37,518 bases of DNA from an uncultured Thermococci archaeon (GCA_964487115.1 CAZAPD010000063.1:1-37518); one strand, 5' to 3'; numbered from the stretch's first letter, positions 1 to 10,825 are shown. Numbers and translations are program-made. Notes: generated from the sequence alone by a model not told the origin.

Positions 1-287
1 TCGACCAGCCTCTTCTTCCCGCTCATTGCCGAGAGCAACATTTTGCCGATTACGTACCGGTTTACCGAGGAAAACTCTGAGTAGGTTTTTCTGACATCTA
101 TCTTGATTGAGGGGTTTGGGAGCTCGTTCAGCGCAACGTTCAGGAGCGAGCTTTTGCCGAGCCTTCTCAACCCGAGGAGAAGAACTAGCCTCTCCCCGCG
201 CTCCACAGAGCTTTCAAGCTCCCTCAGTTCCACTTCCCTGTCGAACAGTTCCTCCCTTCGGGTCTTTGGATAGGGTGAGAACAGCAT
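1..287 (-). CDS. Archaeal ATPase (P-loop, ATPase_2/AAA-type), 5' part only; runs off the window edge
   Basis: Manual translation from CAT at 285-287: MLFSPYPKTRREELFDREVELRELESSVERGERLVLLLGLRRLGKSSLLNVALNE... Shows the F-x-R-E-x-E-L N-terminus and Walker A GLRRLGKS of this family. Absent from the ORF track. Confidence 0.85.
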   Translation of the reverse strand, partial: MLFSPYPKTRREELFDREVELRELESSVERGERLVLLLGLRRLGKSSLLNVALNELPNPSIKIDVRKTYSEFSSVNRYVIGKMLLSAMSGKKRLV

Positions 288-329
288 TAACTTGCACCCC
301 CACAAGTTACTTGTGCCCCTGCAAGTTAA
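287..329. promoter_or_regulatory. Tandem palindromic operator-like element between the TATA box and ATG of the ATPase
   Basis: TTAACTTGCA-CCCC-CACAAGT-T-ACTTGTG-CCCC-TGCAAGTTAA contains two ACTTG-N8-CAAGT units. Minus-strand BRE/TATA GAAAACC-TTTTAA at about 326-338. Confidence 0.6.
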
Positions 330-341
330 AAGGTTTTCTAT

Positions 342-364
342 CAAACTTCGCGTTGCGAAGTTTG
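342..364. repeat. Perfect 10-bp inverted repeat CAAACTTCGC-GTT-GCGAAGTTTG
   Basis: Direct read; followed by a degenerate similar unit TTTGCTTTGCAAAAAATTTG. Confidence 0.7.
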
Positions 365-414
365 CTTTGCAAAAAATTTGTATACCTCCAAACCCAAAAA
401 AGGGTGGAAGGGTT

Positions 415-431
415 CGAAAGCCTTTTAAATA
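415..431 (+). promoter_or_regulatory. BRE/TATA promoter for the SPOUT-rpl3 operon
   Basis: CGAAAGCC-TTTTAAATA about 47 nt upstream of ATG 478. Confidence 0.6.
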
Positions 432-477
432 GTCCTCTTTAACTCCCACTCAGCTTTAGGCGGAAGGATGACCCAAA

Positions 478-1254
478 ATGGCATGGCACATCTTCATTCC
501 TGATTCACTCCTCGAAGAAACAAACGACCCAAAAATCAGAACATATAAGGTTGGGCAGATCGCAAGGGCTGCTTCAATCTTCGGAGTTGAACACATCTGG
601 ATTTACAGGGCTGGCGGCAGGGACGGCAGGTTCATCAAAATAATCCTTGAGTATGCGGAAACGCCCCAGTACCTCCGTAAAGGAATCTTTCCATTGATGC
701 CTGAACTCAAGCATGTAGGAGTTATACCACCTCTGAGAACCCCCCATCACAAGCTCAAGTCCAAGCCGAGGGTGGGGGAATTCAGAGAGGGCTTTGCCTT
801 TAGAAAAGGCAGGAGATACTACGCTGATATTGGTCTTGACGAAACGGCAATGGTTGAGGGAGAAATTGAAGGGCGTGCAACATTCAAAATTGTATCAGTG
901 AAGCCTCTCAGGGTAATACCTGCGAAACCGGATGAGTACTGGGGATACAGAGTGCATCTCACAAGGAAGACACTGGCAAAAACACTTAAAAAGGCAAGGT
1001 TGGACTTAACCATCGCGACCTCACGCAGAGGTGAGGATGTTAGATATATAGACCTCCCCGAACTTGAAGGGGAAATAGGTTTCGTGTTTGGGTCTCCAAA
1101 GAGAGGCGTGCTGGAGACCTTGAGAGACTACAATGAGGATTATCCCTTTGATTTAATCCTCAATACAATTCCAAATCAAAAAACAAAAACTGTAAGAACG
1201 GAGGAGGCTGTCTTAGCCACTCTGGCGGTGTTTAATTTCATAAGGAGGGATTGA
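478..1254 (+). CDS. SPOUT-family RNA methyltransferase (COG2106/MTH1-like, putative uridine N3-methyltransferase)
   Basis: Motifs [44 protein letters not shown]; usual position upstream of archaeal rpl3. Confidence 0.88.
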   Translation: MAWHIFIPDSLLEETNDPKIRTYKVGQIARAASIFGVEHIWIYRAGGRDGRFIKIILEYAETPQYLRKGIFPLMPELKHVGVIPPLRTPHHKLKSKPRVGEFREGFAFRKGRRYYADIGLDETAMVEGEIEGRATFKIVSVKPLRVIPAKPDEYWGYRVHLTRKTLAKTLKKARLDLTIATSRRGEDVRYIDLPELEGEIGFVFGSPKRGVLETLRDYNEDYPFDLILNTIPNQKTKTVRTEEAVLATLAVFNFIRRD

Positions 1255-1255
1255 G

Positions 1256-2299
1256 ATGGGAAAAATTCATAGACCAAGAAGAGGCTCACTGGCATATTCC
1301 CCAAGGAAAAGAGCTAAGAGTATAGTTCCAAGAATCAGGAAGTGGCCGCAGGAGAGCGAAGTTAGACTTCTTGGCTTTGCTGGATACAAGGCTGGAATGA
1401 CTCACATCCTCATGATAGACGACAGACCGGGGCTCACCAAGGGCAAGGAAATTTTCATGCCGGTTACAGTAGTGGAGGTTCCCCCACTCTTCGTCTACGG
1501 CATCAGGGCCTACAGACAGGGCTACCTCGGGCTTGAGACGGCCACGGAGGTCTGGTTCCACGAGCTCAACGACTACGTCAGGAGAAGGATAAAGACCCTG
1601 CCGAAGGACTACGACGAGGAGGCATTCAAGGCCAAGCTTGGCCAGATTGAGGAGCTCGTGGAGAGCGGCGAGATTGTCGATGTTAGGCTTCTCGTCCACA
1701 CCCAGCCATGGCTCGTCAAGCTCAAGAAGAAGCCCGAGGTAATGGAGTACGCCATTGGCGGCGACAGCGTCATGACCAAGTTCGAGTACGCCAAGGAGAA
1801 GATCGGCAGGGAGCTCCGCGCGAGCGAGGTTCTTCACGAGGGCGAGCTCCTCGATGTTATAGCGGTCACCAAGGGCAAGGGAACCCAGGGGCCTGTTAAA
1901 AGATGGGGCGTCAAGGTGCAGTTCCACAAGGCCCAGCGCGCCGGCAAGGGCAGGCACATAGGCAATCTCGGTCCGTGGCACCCGACCAGGGTCATGTGGA
2001 CGGTTCCACAGGCCGGTCAGATGGGCTTCCACCACAGAACTGAGTTTAACAAGAGGCTTATAGCGATAGGCGAGAACGGCAAACTCAAGCTTGATGAAAA
2101 GCATGAAGTAGAGATCACACCTAAAGGAGGCTTCCCGCACTATGGAATAATCAGAAGCGACTTCCTCCTTATTCAAGGAACAGTTCCAGGAGCAATAAAG
2201 AGGATAGTTAGAGTCAGACCCGCTATAAGACCACCAGCAAAAAGACCACCCGTTGAAAGGGTTCAGATAACATACGTTAGTAGGGAATCAAAGCAGTGA
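1256..2299 (+). CDS. rpl3: 50S ribosomal protein L3 (uL3)
   Basis: [53 protein letters not shown]. Confidence 0.98.
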   Translation: MGKIHRPRRGSLAYSPRKRAKSIVPRIRKWPQESEVRLLGFAGYKAGMTHILMIDDRPGLTKGKEIFMPVTVVEVPPLFVYGIRAYRQGYLGLETATEVWFHELNDYVRRRIKTLPKDYDEEAFKAKLGQIEELVESGEIVDVRLLVHTQPWLVKLKKKPEVMEYAIGGDSVMTKFEYAKEKIGRELRASEVLHEGELLDVIAVTKGKGTQGPVKRWGVKVQFHKAQRAGKGRHIGNLGPWHPTRVMWTVPQAGQMGFHHRTEFNKRLIAIGENGKLKLDEKHEVEITPKGGFPHYGIIRSDFLLIQGTVPGAIKRIVRVRPAIRPPAKRPPVERVQITYVSRESKQ

Positions 2300-2309
2300 G
2301 GTGAGTTAG

Positions 2310-3077
2310 ATGAAAGTTAAGGTTTTTTCACTCGAAGGCGAGCCAGTTGAAGAGATTGAATTACCCAAGGTATTCAGCACTCCCTATAGACCTGATCTCA
2401 TTAGGAGAGCTGTCATAGCATCATGGACACATAGGATTCAGCCTCAGGGAAGGGATCCCCTTGCAGGCAAAAGGAGAGTGACAGAGAACATCGGAAAGGG
2501 GCATGGGATGGCCAGGGTTGAGAGAATAAAAACTTCACCAAGGTTTGCAGCATTTGTTCCATTTGCAAGGGGAGGAAGAAGAACCCATCCGCCGAAGGTC
2601 GAGAGGATAATCTGGGAAGACATTAACAGGAAGGAGAAGAAGCTTGCTCTCATGAGTGCTATAGCCGCAACAGCGAACTATGACTTAGTGAGGGTGAGGG
2701 GACATGTCGTTGACAACATTCCACAGATTCCTCTCATAGTTGATGATGAGCTTGAGAAAGTCTTCAAGACTGCTAAGACGAGAGAGATATTCAAGAAGCT
2801 CGGTGTCTGGGATGACATTGAGAGGGCAAAGAAGAATACCAAGATAAGAGCAGGAAAGGGCAAAATGAGAGGAAGGAGATACAAGAAGGCCAAGGGGCCA
2901 CTTATTGTGGTCGCAAAGAACGAAGGAATCATTCAAGGAGCCAGAAATCATCCAGGTGTCGATGTGGTCACAGTTGACAACCTTGGAGTTGAGCTCTTAG
3001 CCCCGGGGACTCACCCGGGCAGGTTGACAATCTGGACAAAAGGTGCAATTGAAAAGCTTAGGGAGATTTACGGGTGA
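2310..3077 (+). CDS. rpl4: 50S ribosomal protein L4 (uL4)
   Basis: [43 protein letters not shown]. Confidence 0.98.
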   Translation: MKVKVFSLEGEPVEEIELPKVFSTPYRPDLIRRAVIASWTHRIQPQGRDPLAGKRRVTENIGKGHGMARVERIKTSPRFAAFVPFARGGRRTHPPKVERIIWEDINRKEKKLALMSAIAATANYDLVRVRGHVVDNIPQIPLIVDDELEKVFKTAKTREIFKKLGVWDDIERAKKNTKIRAGKGKMRGRRYKKAKGPLIVVAKNEGIIQGARNHPGVDVVTVDNLGVELLAPGTHPGRLTIWTKGAIEKLREIYG

Positions 3078-3082
3078 GAAAA

Positions 3083-3343
3083 ATGGATCCATATAAGGTT
3101 ATTATCAGGCCGGTTGTCACTGAAAAGGCCGTTTCATTCATTGAAACTGAGAATAAGCTAACATTCATAGTCGACAGAAAAGCCACGAAAAGTGACATAA
3201 AACGGGCAGTTGAAGAAATATATGATGTCAAGGTTGCAAAGGTCAACGTGATAATCACGATGAGAGGGGAGAAGAAGGCTTATGTTAAGCTTGCTCCTGA
3301 ATATAGTGCAAGTGAAATAGCCGCAAGGATAGGATTGTTCTGA
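3083..3343 (+). CDS. rpl23: 50S ribosomal protein L23 (uL23)
   Basis: [27 protein letters not shown] 3083 after a GGTGA SD. Confidence 0.97.
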   Translation: MDPYKVIIRPVVTEKAVSFIETENKLTFIVDRKATKSDIKRAVEEIYDVKVAKVNVIITMRGEKKAYVKLAPEYSASEIAARIGLF

Positions 3344-3354
3344 GGTGAGTGAGA

Positions 3355-4071
3355 ATGGGTAAGAGTTTGATTCAACAGAGGAGAGGAAAAGGAACAACGA
3401 CATTTAGGGCTCCATCTCACAGATACAGGGGCAGGGTTAAGTACATGCCTCTAAATTTGACGAAAGAGAAAACCCTTGTGGGAAAGGTTGTTGAGATAAT
3501 CCATGATCCGGGAAGAACTGCTCCTGTTGCAAGGGTTAAGTTTGAGAACTTTGAGAAGCTCATAATTGCACCAGAAGGCATACTTGTCGGCGAGGAAATA
3601 GCTATCGGACCAAACGCTCCAGTGAAGATAGGGAATACCCTCCCGCTGGCAATGATTCCTGAGGGCTCTTACGTATATGACATTGAAGCAGCTCCTGGTG
3701 ATGGAGGTAAGTACGTTAGGGCGGGTGGAACCTATGCCCTTGTTGTCAGCAGGGAAAAGGATAAAGTCATAGTTCAGCTTCCAAGTGGTGAGCTCAAGCA
3801 GTTCAATCCAATGTGCAGGGCTACGATAGGTGTCGTTGCAGGTGGTGGAAGGCTTGAGAAGCCTATCGTCAAGGCAGGCAAAGCATACTACATTGCTAAG
3901 GCAAGGAACAGGTTCTGGCCCAAACCGAGGGGTGTCAAGATGAATGCGGTTAATCATCCACACGGTGGTAAGGAGCATCATATAGGTAGGCCAAGTACTG
4001 TTTCAAGGAGAGCTGCTCCGGGTCAAAAAGTCGGCCACATAGCTGCGAGAAGAACTGGTAGGAGGAAATGA
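3355..4071 (+). CDS. rpl2: 50S ribosomal protein L2 (uL2)
   Basis: [36 protein letters not shown]. Confidence 0.98.
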   Translation: MGKSLIQQRRGKGTTTFRAPSHRYRGRVKYMPLNLTKEKTLVGKVVEIIHDPGRTAPVARVKFENFEKLIIAPEGILVGEEIAIGPNAPVKIGNTLPLAMIPEGSYVYDIEAAPGDGGKYVRAGGTYALVVSREKDKVIVQLPSGELKQFNPMCRATIGVVAGGGRLEKPIVKAGKAYYIAKARNRFWPKPRGVKMNAVNHPHGGKEHHIGRPSTVSRRAAPGQKVGHIAARRTGRRK

Positions 4072-4076
4072 TGAAA

Positions 4077-4475
4077 ATGGCGAGGAGAGAATTCAAATAT
4101 AGGGGCTACACTCTTAATGAGCTTTTAAACATGTCACTCGAAGATTTTGCAAAGCTCCTTCCGAGCAGGCAAAGAAGGAGTCTCAAAAGAGGCCTTTCAC
4201 CAGAACAGAAGAAGCTTCTCAGGAAGATAAGGTTGGCAAAGAAAGGCAGGTATAAGAAGCCTATAAGAACCCATAGTAGGGATATGATAATCCTCCCTGA
4301 AATGGTTGGAATGACAATCTATGTGCATAATGGTAAGGAATTCGTGGCACTCGAGATAAAGCCCGAGATGATAGGTCACTATCTCGGAGAGTTTGCTCTT
4401 ACAAGGAAAATTGTCCAGCACGGCTCGCCGGGTGTTGGTGCTACCAGATCATCAATGTTCGTGGCAATCAAGTGA
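4077..4475 (+). CDS. rps19: 30S ribosomal protein S19 (uS19)
   Basis: [31 protein letters not shown]; alternative ATGs at 4068 and 4071. Confidence 0.97.
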   Translation: MARREFKYRGYTLNELLNMSLEDFAKLLPSRQRRSLKRGLSPEQKKLLRKIRLAKKGRYKKPIRTHSRDMIILPEMVGMTIYVHNGKEFVALEIKPEMIGHYLGEFALTRKIVQHGSPGVGATRSSMFVAIK

Positions 4476-4485
4476 GGTGGTGTAG

Positions 4486-4947
4486 ATGGCTAAGTTTTCC
4501 TACTCTTTCCAGAATTACGACCCTGATAGGATGGCGAGAGCGAGCGGAAGGGATTTGAGGATTTCACCAAAGTTTTCAATAGAGCTCTGTAGGGAAATCA
4601 GGGGGATGATGCTCAACGATGCTCTGAAATACATCGATGACATTATAGCCCTGAGAAGACCACTTCCACTCAGGAGGTTTCACGACAGTCAGGGTCACAA
4701 GCCAGGCAAAGGATTTGGGCCGGGAAGGTATCCAGTGAAAGTTGCAAGGGCCATGAAGAAGATACTCCTGAATGTCAAGAATAATGCAGAACAAAAGGGT
4801 CTCGATCCGGACAGACTTAGGATAATCCATGCAGCAGCTCATAAAGGGCCAGTTCTTAGAGGTTACATACCCAGAGCCTTTGGAAGAGCAACGCCATTTA
4901 ATCAGCAGACGACTCACATAGAGATAGTGGTTGAAGAGGTAAGATGA
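4486..4947 (+). CDS. rpl22: 50S ribosomal protein L22 (uL22)
   Basis: [39 protein letters not shown]. Confidence 0.97.
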   Translation: MAKFSYSFQNYDPDRMARASGRDLRISPKFSIELCREIRGMMLNDALKYIDDIIALRRPLPLRRFHDSQGHKPGKGFGPGRYPVKVARAMKKILLNVKNNAEQKGLDPDRLRIIHAAAHKGPVLRGYIPRAFGRATPFNQQTTHIEIVVEEVR

Positions 4948-4960
4948 AGGAGGTGAGCAC

Positions 4961-5590
4961 ATGGCTATTGAGAGGTACTTCATTAAAGAATCCGTCAAGG
5001 AAATGCTCATCGATGAGTATCTTGAAAAAGAACTACGGAGAGCTGGCTATGGGGGTCTCGATATAAAGAAGACCCCACTCGGAACCAAGGTCGTTATCTT
5101 CGCCGCTAATCCCGGTTATGTCATTGGGAGGGGCGGAAGACGTATTAGAGAGCTCACGAGAATTCTTGAGAGACAGTTCAATCTTGAGAACCCCCAAATC
5201 GAGGTTGAGGAGATAAAGAACCCCTACCTGAATGCTAAGGTTCAAGCTGTTCGTCTGGCCCAAGCCCTTGAGAGGGGAATTCACTTCAGGAGGGCAGCTT
5301 ACGCAGCTATAAGAGCAATAATGAGGAATGGTGCAAGGGGAGTTGAGATAAGGCTCAGTGGCAAGCTCACCGGTGAGAGGGCTAAGAGCGTTAGATTCTA
5401 TCAGGGCTATCTCGCCAAGGTAGGAAATCCGGCTGAAACCCTTGTGAGCAAAGGGTATGCACAAGCCCTGCTTAAGCTCGGTGTTATAGGCGTCAAGGTC
5501 TCAATAATGCCGCCAGAAGCTAAGCTTCCGGATGAAATTGAGATCATTGAAAAGCCCACTGAAGAAGTTGTTGAGGTGAGCACCCAATGA
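4961..5590 (+). CDS. rps3: 30S ribosomal protein S3 (uS3)
   Basis: KH motif [34 protein letters not shown]. Confidence 0.98.
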   Translation: MAIERYFIKESVKEMLIDEYLEKELRRAGYGGLDIKKTPLGTKVVIFAANPGYVIGRGGRRIRELTRILERQFNLENPQIEVEEIKNPYLNAKVQAVRLAQALERGIHFRRAAYAAIRAIMRNGARGVEIRLSGKLTGERAKSVRFYQGYLAKVGNPAETLVSKGYAQALLKLGVIGVKVSIMPPEAKLPDEIEIIEKPTEEVVEVSTQ

Positions 5591-5787
5591 AGGCAAGTGA
5601 AATTAGAGAGATGAGCATAGAGGAGATTGATGAAAAGATCAGGGAACTCCGGCTGGAGCTTGCTAAGGAAAGGGGTATGCTTACCATGGGGACATCTCTT
5701 GAGAACCCCATGGTCATCCGGGATTTGAGGCGTGATATTGCACGCCTTATAACAATAAGAAAGGAGAAGCTTGGGGAGAAAAGGTGA
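5587..5787 (+). CDS. rpl29: 50S ribosomal protein L29 (uL29)
   Basis: [10 protein letters not shown]...[19 protein letters not shown]. Confidence 0.96.
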   Translation: MKASEIREMSIEEIDEKIRELRLELAKERGMLTMGTSLENPMVIRDLRRDIARLITIRKEKLGEKR

Positions 5788-5793
5788 TGTTTA

Positions 5794-6090
5794 GTGCCGA
5801 GGATTGTGAACCCGCTGGATGAGATGCTCTTTAAAGAGGTGCTGAAGGAGCAGCAGAGGATCAGAGTTTATATTGAAAAGGCCCGATATGGAAAGCTCAA
5901 AACCATAATCGAAGGAATAGATGAAAAGGAATTCGATCTTGAAGATATCGCAAAAAAGCTGAAGGCGAAGTTAGCATGCGGAGGGACAGTAAAGAAGGGA
6001 AGAATCGAACTGCAGGGAGATCACAGAGAAAAGGTCAAGCACTTGCTGGCAAACCTTGGATTTTCAGAGGAGCTGATAGAAATCGAGTAA
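5794..6090 (+). CDS. Translation initiation factor SUI1/aIF1 homologue (GTG start)
   Basis: [40 protein letters not shown] at 5783-5787. Confidence 0.93.
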   Translation: MPRIVNPLDEMLFKEVLKEQQRIRVYIEKARYGKLKTIIEGIDEKEFDLEDIAKKLKAKLACGGTVKKGRIELQGDHREKVKHLLANLGFSEELIEIE

Positions 6091-6368
6091 TATTAACGGC
6101 GAAAAATCTGATATGGCACGAGCTGATAGGACTGAAAGCAAAGATTATAAAGGCATCTCATCCAGAGCTGGTTGGCATCGAAGGCTACATCATCGATGAG
6201 ACGAAAAACACCCTCACGATGGTGGGAGACACAGTTGGGAAGCTCTGGGTAATCCCGAAGAGCGTCGTTGAAATTGAGTTTGAAATTGGCGATAGAAGAA
6301 TACGAATACATGGAAGGGATTTGATTGGAAGACCTGAGATGAGATTGAAAAAGAGGTGGAGAAGATGA
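5976..6368 (+). CDS. rnp1: Ribonuclease P protein component 1 (Rpp29); start uncertain
   Basis: [40 protein letters not shown]; the only canonical start overlaps aIF1 by 115 nt. Confidence 0.9.
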   Translation: MRRDSKEGKNRTAGRSQRKGQALAGKPWIFRGADRNRVILTAKNLIWHELIGLKAKIIKASHPELVGIEGYIIDETKNTLTMVGDTVGKLWVIPKSVVEIEFEIGDRRIRIHGRDLIGRPEMRLKKRWRR

Positions 6369-6700
6369 GAGACATTGGATTGAGGATTCAGCCTCCCGCT
6401 GAGAAGTGTGATGACCCATACTGCCCGTGGCATGGGCATGTTAAGATTCACGGTAGGGTATTTGAAGGAATCGTTGTCAGTGACAAACCAAGGAGAACCG
6501 TCACAGTCGAGAGACAGCACTACCATTATCTCAAGAAATATGAAAGGTATGAGCTCAGGAGAAGCAGGATACATGCCCATAATCCTCCATGCATTAATGC
6601 AAAGCCTGGTGATAGAGTTATTGTTGCTGAAACAAGACCTCTTAGCAAGACAAAGAGCTTTGTTGTTGTTGCCATAACACAGAAAGCCGAGGAGGGGTGA
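6365..6700 (+). CDS. rps17: 30S ribosomal protein S17 (uS17)
   Basis: [40 protein letters not shown]. Confidence 0.97.
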   Translation: MRDIGLRIQPPAEKCDDPYCPWHGHVKIHGRVFEGIVVSDKPRRTVTVERQHYHYLKKYERYELRRSRIHAHNPPCINAKPGDRVIVAETRPLSKTKSFVVVAITQKAEEG

Positions 6701-6705
6701 TTTAA

Positions 6706-7131
6706 ATGGCTAAGAAGGGTGCTGGTGCAACGAGAGGTGTGAGTCCAGTTAGGCCAACGAGAGCTTTACCAATAGGTGCTTACCTCAAGGTTGCTGACAA
6801 CAGCGGTGCTAAGATTATTCAGATCATAGGCGTTGTGGGTTACAAAGGAACAAGGAGGAGATTGGCCAGTGCTGGTGTTGGTGATATGGTGATTGCAACG
6901 GTCAAAAAGGGAAGGCCTGACATAAGACATCAGGTCGTTAGGGCTGTTATAGTCAGGCAGAGAAAAGAGTACAGAAGACTCGATGGAATGAGAGTCAAAT
7001 TTGAGGACAATGCTGCCGCAATAGTCACCCCAGAAGGTGTTCCAAGAGGGACTGAAATCAGAGGCGCCATAGCGAGAGAAGCTGCTGAAAAGTGGGTTAG
7101 ATTAGGCAGCATAGCGAGTATAGTATTGTGA
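6706..7131 (+). CDS. rpl14: 50S ribosomal protein L14 (uL14)
   Basis: [29 protein letters not shown]. Confidence 0.98.
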   Translation: MAKKGAGATRGVSPVRPTRALPIGAYLKVADNSGAKIIQIIGVVGYKGTRRRLASAGVGDMVIATVKKGRPDIRHQVVRAVIVRQRKEYRRLDGMRVKFEDNAAAIVTPEGVPRGTEIRGAIAREAAEKWVRLGSIASIVL

Positions 7132-7141
7132 GGTGGGAATA

Positions 7142-7504
7142 ATGAAGTTAAAAACAAAAAAGCCCGGAAAGCAGAGGAAGTTTTTATACAATGCACCCCT
7201 TCATCTCAGGCAGAAAATAATGAGTGCCCCACTTTCGGAAGAACTTAGGCAGAAATACGGTATCAGAAGCATGCCAGTTAAAGAGGGTGATAAAGTTAAG
7301 GTAATGAGAGGAGACTTCAAGGGTACAGAGGGCAAAGTGGTGGAGGTAGACCTTAAGCGATACAGAATCCACGTTGAAGGAGTTACTCAAAAGAAGGTAG
7401 ATGGAACAGAAGTCTTCTATCCGCTTCATCCATCCAACGTTGTTATTGTTGAACTGAATCTTGATGATGAGAGGAGAGAGAAGATAATTAATAGGAGGGC
7501 TTGA
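7142..7504 (+). CDS. rpl24: 50S ribosomal protein L24 (uL24)
   Basis: [15 protein letters not shown] motif [18 protein letters not shown]. Confidence 0.97.
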   Translation: MKLKTKKPGKQRKFLYNAPLHLRQKIMSAPLSEELRQKYGIRSMPVKEGDKVKVMRGDFKGTEGKVVEVDLKRYRIHVEGVTQKKVDGTEVFYPLHPSNVVIVELNLDDERREKIINRRA

Positions 7505-7506
7505 AC

Positions 7507-8253
7507 ATGGCGAGGAAAGGTGCGAAGAGGCACTTGAAGAGATTGAGTGCTCCTACTCAATGGTATATCGAGCGTAAGAGGTATAAGTGGGCTGTCAGGC
7601 CAAGACCGGGACCACACAGCATGAAAACGTCAATTCCGTTGCTCTACATAGTCAGGGATTATCTCGGCTATGCAAAGACGGCAAGGGAGGCCAGAAAGAT
7701 TCTCAATGAAGGGAAGGTTCTGGTGGATGGCATCCCGAGGAGGGACTATAAGTTCCCGGTTGGTATCATGGATGTTATCTCAATCCCTGGGACCGGAGAA
7801 CATTACAGAGTACTTCCAAACAGAATTGGAAAGCTGATACTCCACCCGATAACAGACAAAGAAGCTGGTCTCAAGCCACTCAGGATAAACAATAAGAGAA
7901 TGGTGAAAGGGGGCAATCTGCAACTTAACTTCCATGATGGAACAAACTATCTCGTGAAGCTCAGCTCACTCACAGACGAGGCCAAAGACAAATTCAAAAC
8001 AGCTTACACTATTCTCATGAGGGTTCCAGAAAAGGAGATTGTGGAGATAATTCCATTTGAAATTGGAGCACAGGTGTTTGTTACTCAGGGTAAAAACGTT
8101 GCAAGAATTGGCAAAGTTGTTGAAGTCAGGCAATTCCCGGGCGGCTGGCCAGATGTTGTTACAATTGAGGACAGTGAAGGGGAGCTCTTTGACACGCTGA
8201 AGGAATATGCCTTCGTCGTTGGTAAAGAGAAGCCAGAGATTTCACTTCCGTGA
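7507..8253 (+). CDS. rps4e: 30S ribosomal protein S4e (eS4)
   Basis: [27 protein letters not shown]. Confidence 0.97.
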   Translation: MARKGAKRHLKRLSAPTQWYIERKRYKWAVRPRPGPHSMKTSIPLLYIVRDYLGYAKTAREARKILNEGKVLVDGIPRRDYKFPVGIMDVISIPGTGEHYRVLPNRIGKLILHPITDKEAGLKPLRINNKRMVKGGNLQLNFHDGTNYLVKLSSLTDEAKDKFKTAYTILMRVPEKEIVEIIPFEIGAQVFVTQGKNVARIGKVVEVRQFPGGWPDVVTIEDSEGELFDTLKEYAFVVGKEKPEISLP

Positions 8254-8264
8254 GGTGAGAAAAA

Positions 8265-8810
8265 ATGAATAGAGAAGCAATTTTAGCTGATTGGGAAGCT
8301 CATCCAATGAGAAAACCAAGGATAGCCAAAGTTACAATTAACATTGGTGTTGGCGAGAGTGGTGAGCGTTTAACTAAGGCTGAGAAAATGCTTGAACAGC
8401 TTGTCAATCAGAAACCGATAAGAAGACGTGCAAAGCAGACTAACAAGGACTTTGGAATCAGAAGGGGGGAACCCATAGCGGTTAAAGTCACTCTCAGAGG
8501 AAAGAAAGCAGAGGAAATGCTGAAGCGTCTTTTGGCAGCTGTGGATAACAAACTTAAGGCAAGCAACTTTGATGAACATGGAAACTTCTGCTTCGGAATT
8601 CAGGAACATATTAACATTCCTGGTGTGGAATATGACCCTGAGATAGGAATATTTGGAATGGATGTCTGTGTGACCCTTGAGAGACCGGGATTTAGAGTGG
8701 CCAGGAGGAAAAAACAGAGGAAAAAGATACCTAACAAACACAAACTCACAAAAGAGGAAGGGATAGTTTTTGCCCAAGAAGAGTTTAATGCCGTCGTGGA
8801 GGGATTGTGA
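8265..8810 (+). CDS. rpl5: 50S ribosomal protein L5 (uL5)
   Basis: [40 protein letters not shown]. Confidence 0.98.
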   Translation: MNREAILADWEAHPMRKPRIAKVTINIGVGESGERLTKAEKMLEQLVNQKPIRRRAKQTNKDFGIRRGEPIAVKVTLRGKKAEEMLKRLLAAVDNKLKASNFDEHGNFCFGIQEHINIPGVEYDPEIGIFGMDVCVTLERPGFRVARRKKQRKKIPNKHKLTKEEGIVFAQEEFNAVVEGL

Positions 8811-8980
8811 TGGCTAAGGCTGATTACAACAAAAGAAAGCCAAGAAAGTTTGGTAAAGGTGCGAGAAGATGCATGCGCTGTGGTCAGTATGGACCAGTCA
8901 TCAGAATCCATGGACTGATGCTATGTAGGCACTGCTTTAGAGAGATAGCTCCAAAGTTGGGTTTTAAGAAATACGAGTGA
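8810..8980 (+). CDS. rps14: 30S ribosomal protein S14, Zn-binding type (56 aa)
   Basis: Manual translation [61 protein letters not shown] overlap with rpl5. Absent from the ORF track. Confidence 0.97.
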   Translation: MAKADYNKRKPRKFGKGARRCMRCGQYGPVIRIHGLMLCRHCFREIAPKLGFKKYE

Positions 8981-8990
8981 GGTGGGGAGG

Positions 8991-9383
8991 ATGACTTTAC
9001 TTGATCCATTGGCGAATGCGTTATCACATATATCCAACAGTGAGAAGGTTGGAAAAAAGGAAGTCTATTTAAAACCTGCATCTAAACTTATGGGGGAAGT
9101 TCTTAGAGTTATGCAGGAGAATGGTTATATTGGTGAGTTTGAGTTCATAGACGACGGAAGAGCTGGGATTTACAGAGTTCAGCTTATAGGAAAGATCAAC
9201 AAAGCAGGGGCAATAAAACCAAGATTTCCGGTAAAAGCAGGGGAGTATGAGAACTGGGAGAAGAGGTTCCTTCCAGCGTTTGAATTTGGCATTCTAATAG
9301 TTTCGACATCACAAGGTGTTATGACTCACAAAGAGGCCAGAGAAAAGGGGATTGGTGGAAGGCTCATAGCATATGTCTACTGA
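8991..9383 (+). CDS. rps8: 30S ribosomal protein S8 (uS8)
   Basis: [37 protein letters not shown]. Confidence 0.98.
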   Translation: MTLLDPLANALSHISNSEKVGKKEVYLKPASKLMGEVLRVMQENGYIGEFEFIDDGRAGIYRVQLIGKINKAGAIKPRFPVKAGEYENWEKRFLPAFEFGILIVSTSQGVMTHKEAREKGIGGRLIAYVY

Positions 9384-9393
9384 GGTGAGAGAG

Positions 9394-9948
9394 ATGCCGA
9401 TTGACGCGTGGGTAAGGGAAGAAGTTGAAATTCCAGAAGGGGTCGAAGTTACAATTGAAGGAAATCTCGTTAAAGTTAAAGGGCCAAAGGGAGAGCTTGA
9501 GAGAGAGTTCAGATATCCCGGTGTTAGAATCTTTGAGGAGGACGGCAAAATTGTTGTCTTCAAAGAATTCCCGCGGAGAAAGGATATAGCCATAGCAAGA
9601 ACCTTCAAAGCCCACATAGCCAATATGATTAAGGGGGTGACCGGAGGCTTCCAATACAAGCTTAAGGTACTTTACAGTCACTTCCCTGTAACGGTTAAAG
9701 TTCAGGGAGATGAAGTTCTCATAGAGAATTTCCTCGGTGAAAAGAATCCAAGAAGAGCTAAAATCCTTCCAGGAGTCACAGTAAAGGTCATGGGGCAGGA
9801 GATAATCGTTGAGAGCATTGATAAGGAGAAAGCAGGGCAAACAGCAGCTAATATAGAACAGGCTACACGGATAAACAAGTGGGATAGGAGAGTTTTCCAA
9901 GATGGAATTTACATTGTTGAGAAGGCGGGTAAACCAATAAAGTTCTAA
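9394..9948 (+). CDS. rpl6: 50S ribosomal protein L6 (uL6)
   Basis: [30 protein letters not shown]. Confidence 0.97.
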   Translation: MPIDAWVREEVEIPEGVEVTIEGNLVKVKGPKGELEREFRYPGVRIFEEDGKIVVFKEFPRRKDIAIARTFKAHIANMIKGVTGGFQYKLKVLYSHFPVTVKVQGDEVLIENFLGEKNPRRAKILPGVTVKVMGQEIIVESIDKEKAGQTAANIEQATRINKWDRRVFQDGIYIVEKAGKPIKF

Positions 9949-9964
9949 CTGTGAGGTGTGAGGA

Positions 9965-10366
9965 ATGAATGAAAAAGCGAGACTCCTAAGAATAAGGGCA
10001 AATCTCAAGAGGAAGAAGCCGAAATTTTTGAGACAGGAATGGTGGCGCTTTCCAAAGTTCAAGAACAATCCAAAGTGGAGAAAACCGAAAGGAATTGACA
10101 GTAAAATGAGACTCAAGAAGAAAGGCAAGGCCAGATCACCGAGCATCGGCTGGAGCTCACCTAAAGCCGTCAGAGGACTTCATCCGAGTGGTTATGAAGA
10201 GGTTCTCGTCCACAACGTCAAGGAGCTTGAGGCAATCGATCCAACCAGACAGGTAGCAAGAATTGCAAGAACTGTTGGAAAGAAGAAGAGGGTTATGATA
10301 ACTGAGAGAGCTAAAGAGTTGGGTATTAAAGTGCTTAACCCATTAAGGATAGAGGTGAGAAAATGA
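9965..10366 (+). CDS. rpl32e: 50S ribosomal protein L32e
   Basis: [36 protein letters not shown]. Confidence 0.97.
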   Translation: MNEKARLLRIRANLKRKKPKFLRQEWWRFPKFKNNPKWRKPKGIDSKMRLKKKGKARSPSIGWSSPKAVRGLHPSGYEEVLVHNVKELEAIDPTRQVARIARTVGKKKRVMITERAKELGIKVLNPLRIEVRK

Positions 10367-10815
10367 CGACCCTTAAAATGCAGAAGAGGATTGCTGCTGA
10401 GCTACTCAAGTGCGGTGAGAACAGAATTTGGATTGATCCCGAGAGAATTGATGATGTGACCTCCGCTATCACAAGGGAAGACATAAGGAGACTCATAAAC
10501 GATGGTGTTATAAAAAAGAAACCTATTAAGGGGCAGAGTTCTTACAGAGCTAAACTCAGGAAAGAAGCAAGAAAGAAGGGGCGTCATAGGGGGCCAGGAA
10601 GTAGAAAGGGCAAGAAGACAGCAAGAATGGGCAGGAAAGAAAAGTGGATGATGACGATAAGGGCTTTAAGGAAGGAGCTCAGAAAGCTTAAGGCTGAAAA
10701 GAAGATAGATGAACATACTTATAGGATGCTATACATCAGGGCCAAAGGTGGCCAGTTCAAGAACAAGAGACAGCTCTACCTCTTCATGGAAGAGAGGGAA
10801 ATATTGAAGAAGTGA
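10363..10815 (+). CDS. rpl19e: 50S ribosomal protein L19e
   Basis: [39 protein letters not shown]. Confidence 0.97.
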   Translation: MTTLKMQKRIAAELLKCGENRIWIDPERIDDVTSAITREDIRRLINDGVIKKKPIKGQSSYRAKLRKEARKKGRHRGPGSRKGKKTARMGRKEKWMMTIRALRKELRKLKAEKKIDEHTYRMLYIRAKGGQFKNKRQLYLFMEEREILKK

Positions 10816-10825
10816 GGTGAGAATG

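Noticed and set aside
107..442. 111-aa plus-strand ORF
   Set aside because: Antisense to the minus-strand ATPase and runs through promoter elements; no recognisable motifs.
1286..2176. 296-aa antisense ORF within rpl3
   Set aside because: Shadow frame explained by the GC-rich codon usage of the internal rpl3 tract; no SD, promoter or motif.
1256..5790. Absence of rps10 and rpl16 from the S10-like cluster
   Set aside because: Normal archaeal arrangement; these genes lie elsewhere.
9364..10146. 260-aa antisense ORF (and similar ones such as 3451-3981, 23094-23681, 23990-24637)
   Set aside because: Shadows of ribosomal protein genes with F/L/S-rich composition.
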